A stretch of 64,000 bases of DNA, taken from assembly GCA_904063045.1 (NCBI GenBank), contig CAJFCJ010000012.1, positions 1,488,001 to 1,552,000 on the forward strand, written 5' to 3'. Below, one piece after another: positions 38,995 to 50,429 of this stretch. A model generated the notes under the pieces. It did no database searches, was not told the DNA's origin, and worked only from the letters and a program-made list of their open reading frames with translations. Numbering within the stretch: position 1 is the stretch's first letter; each line of letters opens with the position of its first letter. This stretch comes from Dimorphilus gyrociliatus (lineage: Eukaryota; Animalia; Annelida). The position numbers were made by a program, and so were the translations under genes.

Positions 38995-40417
38995 TTATAG
39001 CTTACTAGTGAGTTTTTGAGACTTCAAAACCAATTCCAAATCTCTGAGGATTCTATCCAGTTCTCTGAAAAATACATCATAATTTCTATTGAATTTTTCG
39101 CTTTTAAGAGCATGAATAGAAGATTATTTACTACCTGAAAGGAACGTTTTTATGAACGGGGAGATAGAGAACGTTGTCAATCAAATGTTCCGCTTCCATG
39201 GGCTGTCTGACTAGGTATTGTCTGCAAGTTAACAGTTGATTTAGATCTTCCTTGCCTTGAACGTAATTGAGTTGGGTTACTCCTTTATATGCGTCAACAC
39301 CCATTTTTGCCAAATCGTTTATTATTTTGTCAGAGTTCTTTAAAAAAACTGGATATAACCAATAGTGATTATGGAACGATTGTTGACCGTAAAATTCAAC
39401 GTCGCGTAATCGTTTAACAACATAATCTCCCTTCTTTTTAGTGAGTAGCATTCCGTCCTCTTTCCACTCACTCAATCTTAAATATAGCATGTACAATAGA
39501 GCATCACAAGGCCTCTGTCGTATGCCTTTAATCCAGTCGTTAGGAAAACCCCTAAGAAGGCCAGCTATGCTTTTTTGATAATCAAAATTGATTTTTCTAA
39601 AAAAGTACATAAGTGGCTTTTTAAGATGAACGTTATTTAAAGTCGCTATACAAATGACGGTTTTCAATAGTTTTTTTGCAAAGATTGACGTCGGTTGAAC
39701 AGGTAAGGAATTTTGAAGGGAGTTCATTTGTTTAAAAATTGATTCATTCTTAATTAATGATATAGCTCCACCGAGCGCTGTTGAGGATTTTATTGTCCCA
39801 AAACTAAATAGTGATATGTCACATGCAGGATGGCCCCAATTCGACATGGACGTAAAAGATTCAGCGCAATCTTCGATAACGTCTAATTTATATCGTTTAG
39901 CGTAAAATAGCACCTCCTCCATATTAACAATCTTACCGAAGACGTGAGCGACTAAAATTGCTTTAGTCCTCTCTGTAATTAAATCGGGCAAGAGACTAAA
40001 ATTCGGTAAAGCTGTAGACGGATCAATATCTATTGGTACAACTTTTAAGCCTTTATGATGAACCAATTCTACCATATTTGGAATGTTTATCGCTGACATT
40101 AGTACTTCAGAACCGGAAGGATAATTCTTTGCTGATAGATATAAATCTAGTCCAGTTCTCACGGATAGATTAACCATAGGAAGTCGGTTTCTACTTTTAA
40201 CTAGGGATTCAATTTTTGACAAGATTTCATCACGTGACATGGGTGGTTTAAAAGCGCAGGCCTTCGCCGCTTTCGCTATATCAGACACGGTACAATCTGT
40301 TAACAATTAAAAATATGTCAATAATTTGATATATACATGTGTTAACTTTCGAAAAATTTTGAATTATTTACCTATAAATACCGAATGGTACGGTAAAAGA
40401 TCTTCGTAATTAGTCAT
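38995..40417 (-). CDS. DegT/DnrJ/EryC1/StrS-family PLP-dependent aminotransferase. Exons 40372-40417, ~39135-40296, 38995-39065
   Basis: LSVRTGLDLYL, GSEVLMSAINIP, VVPIDID, ILVAHVFG, IEDCAE (PLP-binding Asp), FSFGTIKSSTALGGA (Schiff-base Lys) and LYLPVH. Short first and last exons are joined by canonical GT-AG introns. Confidence 0.85.
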
Positions 40418-41579
40418 TGTGATGAAAAATTGATCACGAATGTCTTTCCTCTGTTGTTGGTCAGTCAAACACGTGATATAAGGCTGTAAATTTTACTCTT
40501 TATCGCCCAACTTCCTAAATGTCAGGAAATAATTTGATGTTTATACTTTAAATAATGTAGCCTCTATAAATTAAGAGTTTAGAAAAAAAGATCGATCTTA
40601 TTGATGAATAATTCAATCCTTTTTGAACATTGATATATTGTCTATAGGAAGTATTGCAAAAGTTAACAACGCCATCTATGTAGTCGTCAAAGCAACGGTA
40701 TAAAGTTTACAGGCCTACGAATCGTCCGGTTAGAGGATAAATTAATAAAGGAGAGATGCATGTAATTGAATTAATGAACCCCCGTTCAGAAACGTGGGGG
40801 AAATTGGAAAAAGGAAACTGACTACGGATAATCAATCTCCGTTCGTTACTTGTTTACTTTCCGTACGATTTTTTCCTAGTACGGGCAAGTAAACATTTAC
40901 TGTAGCACGATTTTCAAACAGTTTACACAATCAGCATTAGCAGAGCATTCACTGCAACAATACAACTAATTCATCTCTATCACAATTTGACATCCCTTCA
41001 TACAATAGTAGGATTAGATCCGTCGATTGACCTCTCTTATGACGTCTAGAAAGGAATACTCTAATATTAAGAAAAGGAGAAGGGTGGAGGTAAATGCTTA
41101 GTTATTAAACGAATAACCGTAAATAATTAAGCGATCGTAACCGATTTTAGAGTGATATATAAAAGGGAGAGAGATATGTATATGATATATATATATACTG
41201 TATGTACAAAGTTTATACGGTAGATACAAAACTTGTATACATGTTTTATGCAGTAAAGTAGAAAAGGCTACAGGAATGGTATTGAAAGTGAAGAGCTTGT
41301 AAGAGAAAAGACGGCTAGACAATGCTGTTTGAAGACTTGGACATATATAGATGATGATTGATAGTCCATGCATAAAACTTGCCAGAGTTATTGTGGCATT
41401 TATTTTAAATATACATAGTATACATAGTTTTTTAGAAACACAATCGCTTTCTTTTAGCACGCTGATATTCTTCTGAAAAAAAGATAAAACGAAGAAAAAA
41501 AAATAAAGAAAAAAAAATAAAAATAAAAATAAAAATAGAAAAAAAAAAAAAAAACAATTGTACTAAATACAAACAATGC

Positions 41580-42614
41580 TCAGTGGTTTGCCAAGTTTCT
41601 TAGCCGAGAATTTATACCTCTGCAACGGCACAGTAAAATCTCTTTAAATGGCTGTCTAAACTCCGTGTTAAATCGGGCATAGATTATGGGGTTGAGGAAA
41701 GAATTAGCGTAGCCGAGCCATTGGAAGAACGAAATCGCCCCTTTTGGAATACATTGCCTGCATAGGGGGTCGATTAGGGCAAGTATAAAAAATGGGAGCC
41801 AACAGGCTGTAAAGCCTCCCATAATGACGCCCAATGTTACAATAGCTTTCCCTTCCCTATTCGATACATGACCTGACTTGCTCTTCTTCGACGATTTACT
41901 ACCGCCGCCACTGCCGTTGGCGGCCGACGGCTCCTGAAGGGGAATTTCGATGTTATTTAATTGCGGTTGGGAGCGCTTCTCTCTTTTAGCTATCCTCGAA
42001 CTGACGGTGTAAATCCGATAATAGATAAATATCATAACGCCCAAGGGCAAGTAAAAGGCGAAAATTGTTGCGTAAAACTGATATCCAATGTCCTGTGTAA
42101 TGATACAATGTCCTTCTGGAGGTTCTGTTTTCCAGCCGAAAACCGGCGGAATGGAAACGATGGCGGAAATGAGCCAGACGGCTAGGATCATTAAGCCCAT
42201 TCTTGTGGGCGTCCTCTTGAGCGCGTAGTCGAACGGTCGAGTGATAACCAGGTATCGGTCGATACTTATGCAGCATAAGTTGAGAATACTGGCTGAGCAA
42301 AGTAATACATCTAAAGATGTCCAGGCGTCACACATCATTCTACCTAATATCCAATAACTCTCGACTTCGTAGGCCGCAGCATAGGGCATGACGAGTAGGG
42401 CTACGAGAAGATCGGATACGGCCAATGAGACGATAAGTAGATTAGAGGGCGATTGAAGTCTACGAACTATACCGACGGCTATGCAGACGAGAGAATTGCC
42501 TATAACCGTTCCGACAGTTAATACGGTTAGGAAGAGACTAATAAAAACTTTTTGCCAAACTTGATATTGTTCGATAGGAGCACTCGTCGCATTCGACGAG
42601 TTACTGACGTTCAT
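41580..42614 (-). CDS. HTR7-like: Intronless biogenic-amine GPCR, 5-HT7-like serotonin receptor
   Basis: GNSLVCIAV, LAVSD, D3.32 in LDVLLCSAS, SIDRY, YQFYATIFAFYLP, CWLPFF, WLGYANSFLNPIIY, FRQPFKEIL. The subtype call is from sequence resemblance only. Confidence 0.85.
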   Translation of the reverse strand: MNVSNSSNATSAPIEQYQVWQKVFISLFLTVLTVGTVIGNSLVCIAVGIVRRLQSPSNLLIVSLAVSDLLVALLVMPYAAAYEVESYWILGRMMCDAWTSLDVLLCSASILNLCCISIDRYLVITRPFDYALKRTPTRMGLMILAVWLISAIVSIPPVFGWKTEPPEGHCIITQDIGYQFYATIFAFYLPLGVMIFIYYRIYTVSSRIAKREKRSQPQLNNIEIPLQEPSAANGSGGGSKSSKKSKSGHVSNREGKAIVTLGVIMGGFTACWLPFFILALIDPLCRQCIPKGAISFFQWLGYANSFLNPIIYARFNTEFRQPFKEILLCRCRGINSRLRNLANH

Positions 42615-43957
42615 ATTCGACTGCTAGAATGTGTTCTGTAGGGCTTTTTGCAGTTAGCTGGCGCCTCTTTCGCCCCGATTTTTTCCCGCCTGCAAAACTT
42701 TTTCCAATCAATAAACGAAACGGTCGGGCCGACGGATTAAAGACGGCTTAATACGAAGATAATACGTATTTAATTATTTGCCCGGCCAACACGCTACTTT
42801 TTTCCCATTTAGAGCGTACACGTAGGTTATATTTCGATAAATCGATGACGAAGGGTGTGAATTATGTATTCTAGAATCCGTAAATCGGTAATGTTAAAGC
42901 GTTAAATAAATATTCCTCTCTATAGGGGCGCTAAATCGAATTGATTCCCCGTCAAAAAATATTCTTTTCTTTCAAAATATCCTTCTTATATACACCTAAA
43001 CGAAGTAAATATATATAATCTACGAAAAATATCAAAATGCCGACCTGCTGCTATCCTCTCTCTCTCTCTCGCTTCAGCTGTATATCAAAATTTCCTCTGC
43101 TCAACCCCTTTCTTATTCCCTCCCCTCTCGCTAGCTTGCTCTCTCTCTCTCTCCCGCTCACTCGCTGGCTCGCCCTCTCTCTCTATCGTCTTCTTGTATA
43201 GGAGTGAACTCGCAATGAAAAGCGCAAAGGTCAATCTATAATTACACATGCCGGTTTCTATAACGACAGACTTTAACATTTAACAAAGTCCTAAGTAATT
43301 TATTTCATTTTTGCTTAGGAAGATGACAAATATAGAGAAGGAAGCCATTTGACTATATAGAGTGATAAAGTGCATTCGATGTCAGTCACTATTCTCACGA
43401 GATACCCTACAAAGTCACTCCATTTAATTTTCATCCGTACTCCTACTTAACAAAACTTGTCAAAAAAAAAAAGTCCAGTTATATTCCTAGAAGTTCAGAA
43501 GTATCGAAAAGGAGTAAGAAGAAAATTGAAGGAGGTGAGAGAGACGGTATGCCTCTTTACCTCACCAAATATATAATCTCTTATATACTTTGTAAAGTTT
43601 ATATATACTCACTAGGAATATTTACAGGAATATGTCAAACACCAAGTGGATTCGTATTACCAGAAAGCAGCGGTTGATATATTTTACTACCACGTTATAA
43701 AAATCAATTCCTGTATTATGCGACTACAGCCAAGATTAAATTCATGACCTATACGTAAAAAGTAGGATTATCTTACTGAAACCGAAAAAAAATTAAGGAT
43801 ATATTGAAAAAGGCAGAGTGTAAATATATGAAAGAATAACTTTGAAAGTTAAATTTCTTACGTTTCGACACTTAAATTGGAAACACTTACTGACATTTAC
43901 CAAGAAGCTTAGCATTGAAATAAGGAGAAGGTTTAGGAACCGACAGATGACGCTCCT

Positions 43958-45166
43958 TCAATTCCACCAGAAGCTAACTGAAAAGCTAATACTAAGCGAT
44001 TTAACGTAATGCCAATATTTAGGTGGAATATAGAGAATGCAACCGTCGGTTAGTATACATTCTTTATAGGGAGTCTGGGTAAATAACGGAAATTCTTCCT
44101 CGTTCACATTTTCGACATCTACTCGTGAAGTATTACACAGCATCCGCTCGACATGAGGATAAAGGGATGAGGATTGACTGCTAGAATATAGGCGAATATA
44201 CTTTGATCCCAACACTTGACAAAGTAGATTATGTTTTGGATCGTGATGTAGAGGAGAGACAGTTCCACTAGGTCCAAACCAAGCGTTTATATCTACATCA
44301 TTATTTTCGCTGTCAGTAATGGAGCAATAGTCAGGGATAAGAATATCATCTTTGAGTTCTGGAACTTGATCGAAAAGTTGATGCTGAGCTAAGTAGCCTA
44401 CGGTTTGACAATCTCCTACGATATACTTGTCAATAAATTCCCCCACGGTCATTAGAGACTGACTCCAATCTTCTTCCGTGTATTTAGAGCCAACTTCTAT
44501 AGGTACTGTTCGTTTTCCAGCGACTTTTTTAATATAGTCAATAGTCCATAACCTATTGGATCTAGCCGGCCACAAATCCATACAATTTTCAATTATTACC
44601 GGTTCACTGAGATCCATAAATTCTCTTTTAAATTTTTCTAATGATGGACAGACCACACGGCGCACGGCCTTCGATGGATCTATAGTTACTGTTGTTTTGC
44701 TCTCGGCAATTACTCTTGGCACTTTAGATGGGGGTTCATCGCTAATTGACCCTTCATTAACTATTAATATTATTTTCGAGAGAATATTATCTAAAATAGG
44801 AACACCCATCAATAAACCCATGTCAAAACTTTTTGTGGCCTGTAAAACTGATTCATCATCAAAATTCCCTAAGGCCAATTTAGAGACGCCCAAAAAAAGT
44901 GAACCGTAAGAAAACAAATATCTCCAACTCATTGACACATTTTTCCAGTGGCCACTGTTTAAATGTTCCCATGTTTTATCTAATAGAATCTCGCTCTTCG
45001 ACACGACAACGCTCCATTCGCCCCGTAAATAGCTTTCAGTTAATATCTCAAGGAGTTCGTATAAAAATGGTCCTAAAACTCTTTTTTCAGTACAATTAAA
45101 ATTAAACGTTCTAATATCAATCGGTAAAATATATTTTAGGCGTTGATTCACGCTGTGAAGATTCAT
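43958..45166 (-). CDS. KDM8: JmjC hydroxylase KDM8/JMJD5, intronless
   Basis: [63 protein letters not shown] (HxD), [16 protein letters not shown]. First in-frame ATG is at 45166. Confidence 0.96.
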   Translation of the reverse strand: MNLHSVNQRLKYILPIDIRTFNFNCTEKRVLGPFLYELLEILTESYLRGEWSVVVSKSEILLDKTWEHLNSGHWKNVSMSWRYLFSYGSLFLGVSKLALGNFDDESVLQATKSFDMGLLMGVPILDNILSKIILIVNEGSISDEPPSKVPRVIAESKTTVTIDPSKAVRRVVCPSLEKFKREFMDLSEPVIIENCMDLWPARSNRLWTIDYIKKVAGKRTVPIEVGSKYTEEDWSQSLMTVGEFIDKYIVGDCQTVGYLAQHQLFDQVPELKDDILIPDYCSITDSENNDVDINAWFGPSGTVSPLHHDPKHNLLCQVLGSKYIRLYSSSQSSSLYPHVERMLCNTSRVDVENVNEEEFPLFTQTPYKECILTDGCILYIPPKYWHYVKSLSISFSVSFWWN

Positions 45167-45220
45167 ATTTTTCAAGCACGATTAAAGAAATCTCTTCGAA
45201 AGCAGGGAAGATACATATAA

Positions 45221-45234
45221 GTGACATCTACTGG
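45221..45234 (-). promoter_or_regulatory. CTCF-like site CCAGTAGATGTCAC, 55 nt upstream of the KDM8 ATG
   Basis: Matches the CTCF core and sits between tandem genes PIP4K2 and KDM8. Confidence 0.45.
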
Positions 45235-45696
45235 ATAAAATTGGAAAAGTGTTTAATCTCCGCAAAAATCTAGACATTTTGGTAAAGCACAAAAACGCAT
45301 TATATAAACGACTAGACGAGAAAAGCAAGGACAAAGTGACAGTTTTATGCTAAATTATTTAGTGTTTTTTTCATAGAGTGATTGAGTACAGAAAAAATAT
45401 TTTCTTTTCCAAACTTTCATACAGTTCTTTTACCGTCATGGGTTTTGAAAACCAGTGAAATTGAGCCTCTAAGGACACTAAAAGCCTCAAACCTTATACG
45501 TTGGCCTTAAAACGTAAAAGTTTTGGCAGAATTTACACTAAAATGGAATGACAAAAGTCAGCACTGGTGATGAGAGATTCGTGCAATTATCCATTACATG
45601 TACACATTACACTTACAAGCACCGTTGAATGCTTCATATTACACAATCATAACAAAAACAGAAAGTAAAAATTAAACGTAAAACGCTGGCGATTGA

Positions 45697-47726
45697 CTAC
45701 GACAAGACTTTATCGATAAATTCCAAAAAACGTTTCGCATATTGTTCAGGTTTGACTGTACTAATTTCGGCATTGGCTCCATGTTTTACAGCTTTGGCCG
45801 CTTGAGCCGTCCTTTTCTTCATGCCGTAATGGGTGAGAATGTCAATTAAAGCCAAAAAATAAATTTCTTTCTTTCCCTCCCCAGCTGCAAAATAATAATA
45901 TCAAATAAATGTATCAATTCATGTGAGATACAACATTTCTCACCGCATTGAATCCCATAAATATCATCTTGAAGGGGATTTTCTACGCTCTCGGAATATT
46001 GAAGTCTTCCTGGAGAAATAGGCGATTCCGGTGGAGTATTTGTATGTGCACCTAAACAATCTTCTTCTGAACTGAAGCATTCATCTTCTCCCTCTTCAGC
46101 CTCGCGTTCCCGAGTTTCCCTCTCTATCTCAGCCTTCTCAATATCATGAATTCCAAGTAACATACTGTAATCCATTAGGTTTTGATCGGTGAGAAACTAT
46201 GAATTAAAAATGCAACATTTATTGAACGTATAAGGCAAAATCTATCTTTATTGATATTACTGTTGTGTCCTTTTTCAAAACTTCCATAATACGTTGTTTG
46301 GCATTTTCGCCAACAATTAATTGTACACCATCATTGACAAAATCGTTATCTTTAAATGTAGGAAGATCTTTACTCTTTTCTTTATCACTTGCTTGTCGAT
46401 CAACTGTCGATCCCTAAAATATTGAACCAGACCATAAATGAGTACACAAATCATTAATTGTAAAAAATAACATTAATTGCACTTTTTTACCTTTAAATCG
46501 TACTTTCTGTGTATCGTCATTCTAGGACTAAATATGTTTCGCATAACTATTAAATACGTTTCAGCATCATTCACAGTTACTCGATACATTCCCATGTATT
46601 GTGGCAGTAAAGTATCAGCGTGCCTTTCGACGATATACTATCAAAATAGAAATTGAAATGAAATTTAAGCATTGAGTAGTATGAACGTAAACCGTAGCCT
46701 GAAAAACCAAGTTCATTAAGCATTACAATCTACCTCGTGATAGGCTTTGATCACATTATGGACTTCCGCCACCTGATATGATTCGATAGTCTTCACTAAA
46801 AACAAACCGTCCCAAGAATTAAAGCGGCGAGTGGCGCCTTTAGCACTGGTCGAACTTTCCAGATCGATCGGAGGCAATTTCGTAAGCGAATTCTGAAGCG
46901 AAAATCGTACGACGCCGTACAGAAATCATAGTTCGAAAATCTTGTAAAGCTTAATGAAACAATTGGCCTAAAAGAGACTACAAAATCGCGCAAAATCACT
47001 CCTTTGCTTGCCTGGTGGTATCCTTTAAGAATGCACAACATTTTGTCGATTTCTTCTGACATAAGGCTTTTGATTACAAATCGTCGATCATATGAAAGAA
47101 AAAAACGAGCTCCGCTCCTACCAGGCGAATCCTTTCCTTGTGGACTGCATGCGGTCAAAGATTTCTGAAAGAAGCTTGTTAATTTGCCGATGAACAACTA
47201 TAATTTGTTGTACGATAGATAAATTTGTCATAGAAAACGGATGTGTGGATGTCTGTTTTATATCGTTTTTTCCTGATTACACTAATCAATAGACTTACTA
47301 GATATTGTTGATCTTCTACATGAAACCTTTCCCTTAAATTTCTAAATACCAGTGGGCAATACTCCTTGAATTTGAAATGGCTTGGCATATTCTCCCTATA
47401 GAAATTGGAGATGTATGTCAATCAAATTATCAATGCGAGATGAGGAACATACTTGTTAAATAAATGATTATCTACGCGAACTTTGCTTGATGCTTTAAAG
47501 TCATCTGGCATAAGCATTACCGGTGGGTTAACATGTGCTAATTCGTTCAACTGAATGCAAAAATCACGGTTATTAGTCATTTAAAAGTTGTCTTGAATAA
47601 AGCGGAACTCACTGAATGATTGATGCCCCACATGAAAACACTAAGCAGCGGTTCCTTAGCCCTAAATAACTTGCGTTTCTGATGAACCGTCTTGATGTGC
47701 TTCTTCTTTGATTCGATCCTCGACAT
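45697..47726 (-). CDS. PIP4K2: Phosphatidylinositol 5-phosphate 4-kinase (type II PIPK), multi-exon, with two alternative homologous exons (47012-47164 and 46734-46892)
   Basis: [96 protein letters not shown]-stop (45697). Confidence 0.95.
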
Positions 47727-47942
47727 TGTGTTTCGTCGATCTCTGATTCCACTTCAAGAGAAAACTAATGCATTTCGACAGAAAAGAGAAAATTATAGAA
47801 ATGCCCAACCAATCCCATAATACATTTCGAAATCCGGACTAGACTGGATCCTCATTCGGATATGTAGATACCAGTTTTTTTTTGCAATTCGAAATATTCA
47901 GCTCTATGGAAACAGCGTCTTCATACTATTATTAGGCCTAGA

Positions 47943-48317
47943 ATGTTCTCAACTGCAACTTTTCACACGGTTATTCAACCATCCGAATCACCAATCGAAT
48001 TTTCAAATAGTTTGCCAGAAGATAATACGTGTGCTAAAACTTTTTGGCAGGCGATTGAACTCAATCCTCCGTTTGAATCGAACTTATTATCAGCCGATGT
48101 TAAGCAGAGGCTAAGAGCAGCACCCCATACCGGTACTACAAGATCTCAAGCTCAGAAACAAGAGGAAACCAGCTATCAAAATAAAACTGAAGAATTCCTA
48201 CAAAAGTCTCAACAAAGAATATTAAAAGATGAACGAATAAAAATTGTTCAACAAATTCGATTTAGGGAGAATGAATTATCTAAAATGAAGATTAAAAAAT
48301 CGACAAGGGAAAATTAA
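47943..48317 (+). CDS. HOATZ: Cilia- and flagella-associated protein HOATZ (C11orf88)-like, 124 aa
   Basis: EFSNSLPEDNTCAKTFWQAIELNPPFESNLL..DVKQRLRAA matches my recollection of the HOATZ core (F.GS...D...AK.FW.S..M.PP.ES.LV.....QRL..A), followed by a charged helical tail. Confidence 0.72.
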   Translation: MFSTATFHTVIQPSESPIEFSNSLPEDNTCAKTFWQAIELNPPFESNLLSADVKQRLRAAPHTGTTRSQAQKQEETSYQNKTEEFLQKSQQRILKDERIKIVQQIRFRENELSKMKIKKSTREN

Positions 48318-48450
48318 CACTTTTAATTAAAATTTACTGTATAATTTTTATTTTTTGATTGGCCTCGTTTTCGATCAAAATTTAAAACCTATAGTCAACC
48401 AATAAACAAATGAAAGCTTCTTTGTTATCTATACCATTTTTCTCGTCTTT

Positions 48451-48932
48451 CTAGTGTTTCTTGTTTAGCCACAAGACCATTTTCTTGATAAGCTTGTATT
48501 CTCTTTGGTGTATTTGTTAATAGAGTCCTCTCAGGATAAAGTAGGATTTTCAAAGGTTCTTTTCGAGCTCTGGTAGACTTTGTGGTAGCTGAATATAACC
48601 TTTCACTGATCTATTCACATAAGTTACCTTTAAACCAGGGATTCATTGCAAATTGAACAAGAGTAACTTACTGACTGTGGCTCCCCTTTACCTCTAAATC
48701 TCTCCTCTAATCCTTCAATTTTCGGGCACATCTTAAGGCCAAGACCAGGTTGATTAGGAGGTTCAAAAGCCCTGGGCTTGCAGTCTGGCTTTGTATGAGA
48801 AGATTTTATACGAGTTGTGTGTAGGCGATTCGAAATCTCTGATATACTAGATTCATCTACAGGGCCTTTACTTATCGTATCCTTTGCCTCGAGTGGTGGT
48901 GATGTTTTCTTACAAACAGAATCAGAAGCCAT
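48451..48932 (-). CDS. Uncharacterised small basic protein. Exons 48672-48932, 48451-48610
   Basis: A 61-nt intron (GTAAGT...AATAG) continues the frame into ISERLYSATTKSTRARKEPLKILLYPER...WLNKKH-TAG. No family recognised. Confidence 0.6.
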
Positions 48933-50429
48933 TCTTAGCTAATTATGTCAAAACGAATACAAAAAATGCCTAAGCGTCTAATAACGGGTATAAATATGAA
49001 TTGTTGAAAGTGCAACCATACAAATACAAAACCTATTGAATCACGAAAAAACGATCGAAGAGGATTTCATCGAACTAGAAACGGCTTCTATTGATTAATA
49101 AATTAAAGGCCTTTTAATCTCTTTTTTTTTTACTGTTATAATCTTAAAGGGAATTTTCAGCCGTATGCAAACAATATTTGATTATTTTACCCGATTTCTA
49201 GTAATTAAACCTCTTTAAATATATTAAAGAATGTCAACATTTAGTCTAGAATTATATCTATCGAATATTATATTACATAAAAATAACAATATCTTGTTTG
49301 TTTTCAGTGTATTTTCTCAGCCTATAAAACTCAACTAAAAACGTGATATAAACAAAAATATGATTAAAGAAAGGAGGGAGAAAGAGACAATCTTTACACA
49401 AGATTTCTCTTTATTAATTATTATGAGTAGTTTAAAGAAAATCTATTTTTCATTGATTCGTTGAGATCTTATTCTGCTTGGAGGAATTAAGATTTTTGGA
49501 CGTTGAGTGCACTAAAGGTAATTTTGCCTGAAGGCTCAATCTGACTATCTAAAAGCTCAAAAGTTTTTGCGGTTGATAAATCTTATATCTCTTTGTTATG
49601 AAGTATACTATATAATTCAATGAGATAGAATAAACAAAAAACCAGTGCGATAAATATAAATAAAGATATATTAATAAAATATAATTTGGCCTAGCTACTC
49701 TAATAAATAAAATTACTCTCTTTTTGTTAGTCAATAGGAGCAAAATTTTAACTATTTATATATTGTATTCGTCACTGTTTTTGATCATATATATTTCAGA
49801 ATACTTAAAGAACTTCTGCAAAGTGCTAATAGGCTTATAGGTAATTTTACTAAACTTCTTATTTTGACCAATCAATAGTTTTAGATTTCTTTTACATCAA
49901 TACTCTCAAGACAAGAAGCTTTATACGATTCATTCATCCGAAAGAATAACGTAAAACTCACTAATAGATTAGTAGCCTGAGGACTTGAAATTATTTTAGC
50001 AAACGACATCTGGCGTCGATTAATTATTCGCCTAGAACTTAACTAGAAGCGACGGTTTCCCTAATTAATGATTCTTTTAACAGAATAAAAGAAAGTCCCC
50101 AATATTTGGTTTATTTAAAACTAGAGTTTCTAATTATAGAACCAGAGTGGCTAAGGGAAGAAAAGAATGAAAGAAATTCAAAGTTTATTCTTTTATGATA
50201 AAGTTTTACATTAGTAAATATTTATTAGCTCAAATATGGAAAAGACGTTGAATAAACACTGCTAAAAGCTTAATGTTCTCTCCTTCTTTTAATATATTTT
50301 AAGAAATAATTGAACTAAACTATATATAATATTTATATTTCCAAATCTTGTTACTCCATCTGTTGGCCAACGTACAACTAACAGTTAACTTTTTGTCGAA
50401 GAAATTGGTACTTTTGGTCTTTAACCTTA

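Noticed and set aside
49430-49950. Scattered splice-like sites on the plus strand suggesting a small gene
   Set aside because: No start codon or continuous frame could be assembled.
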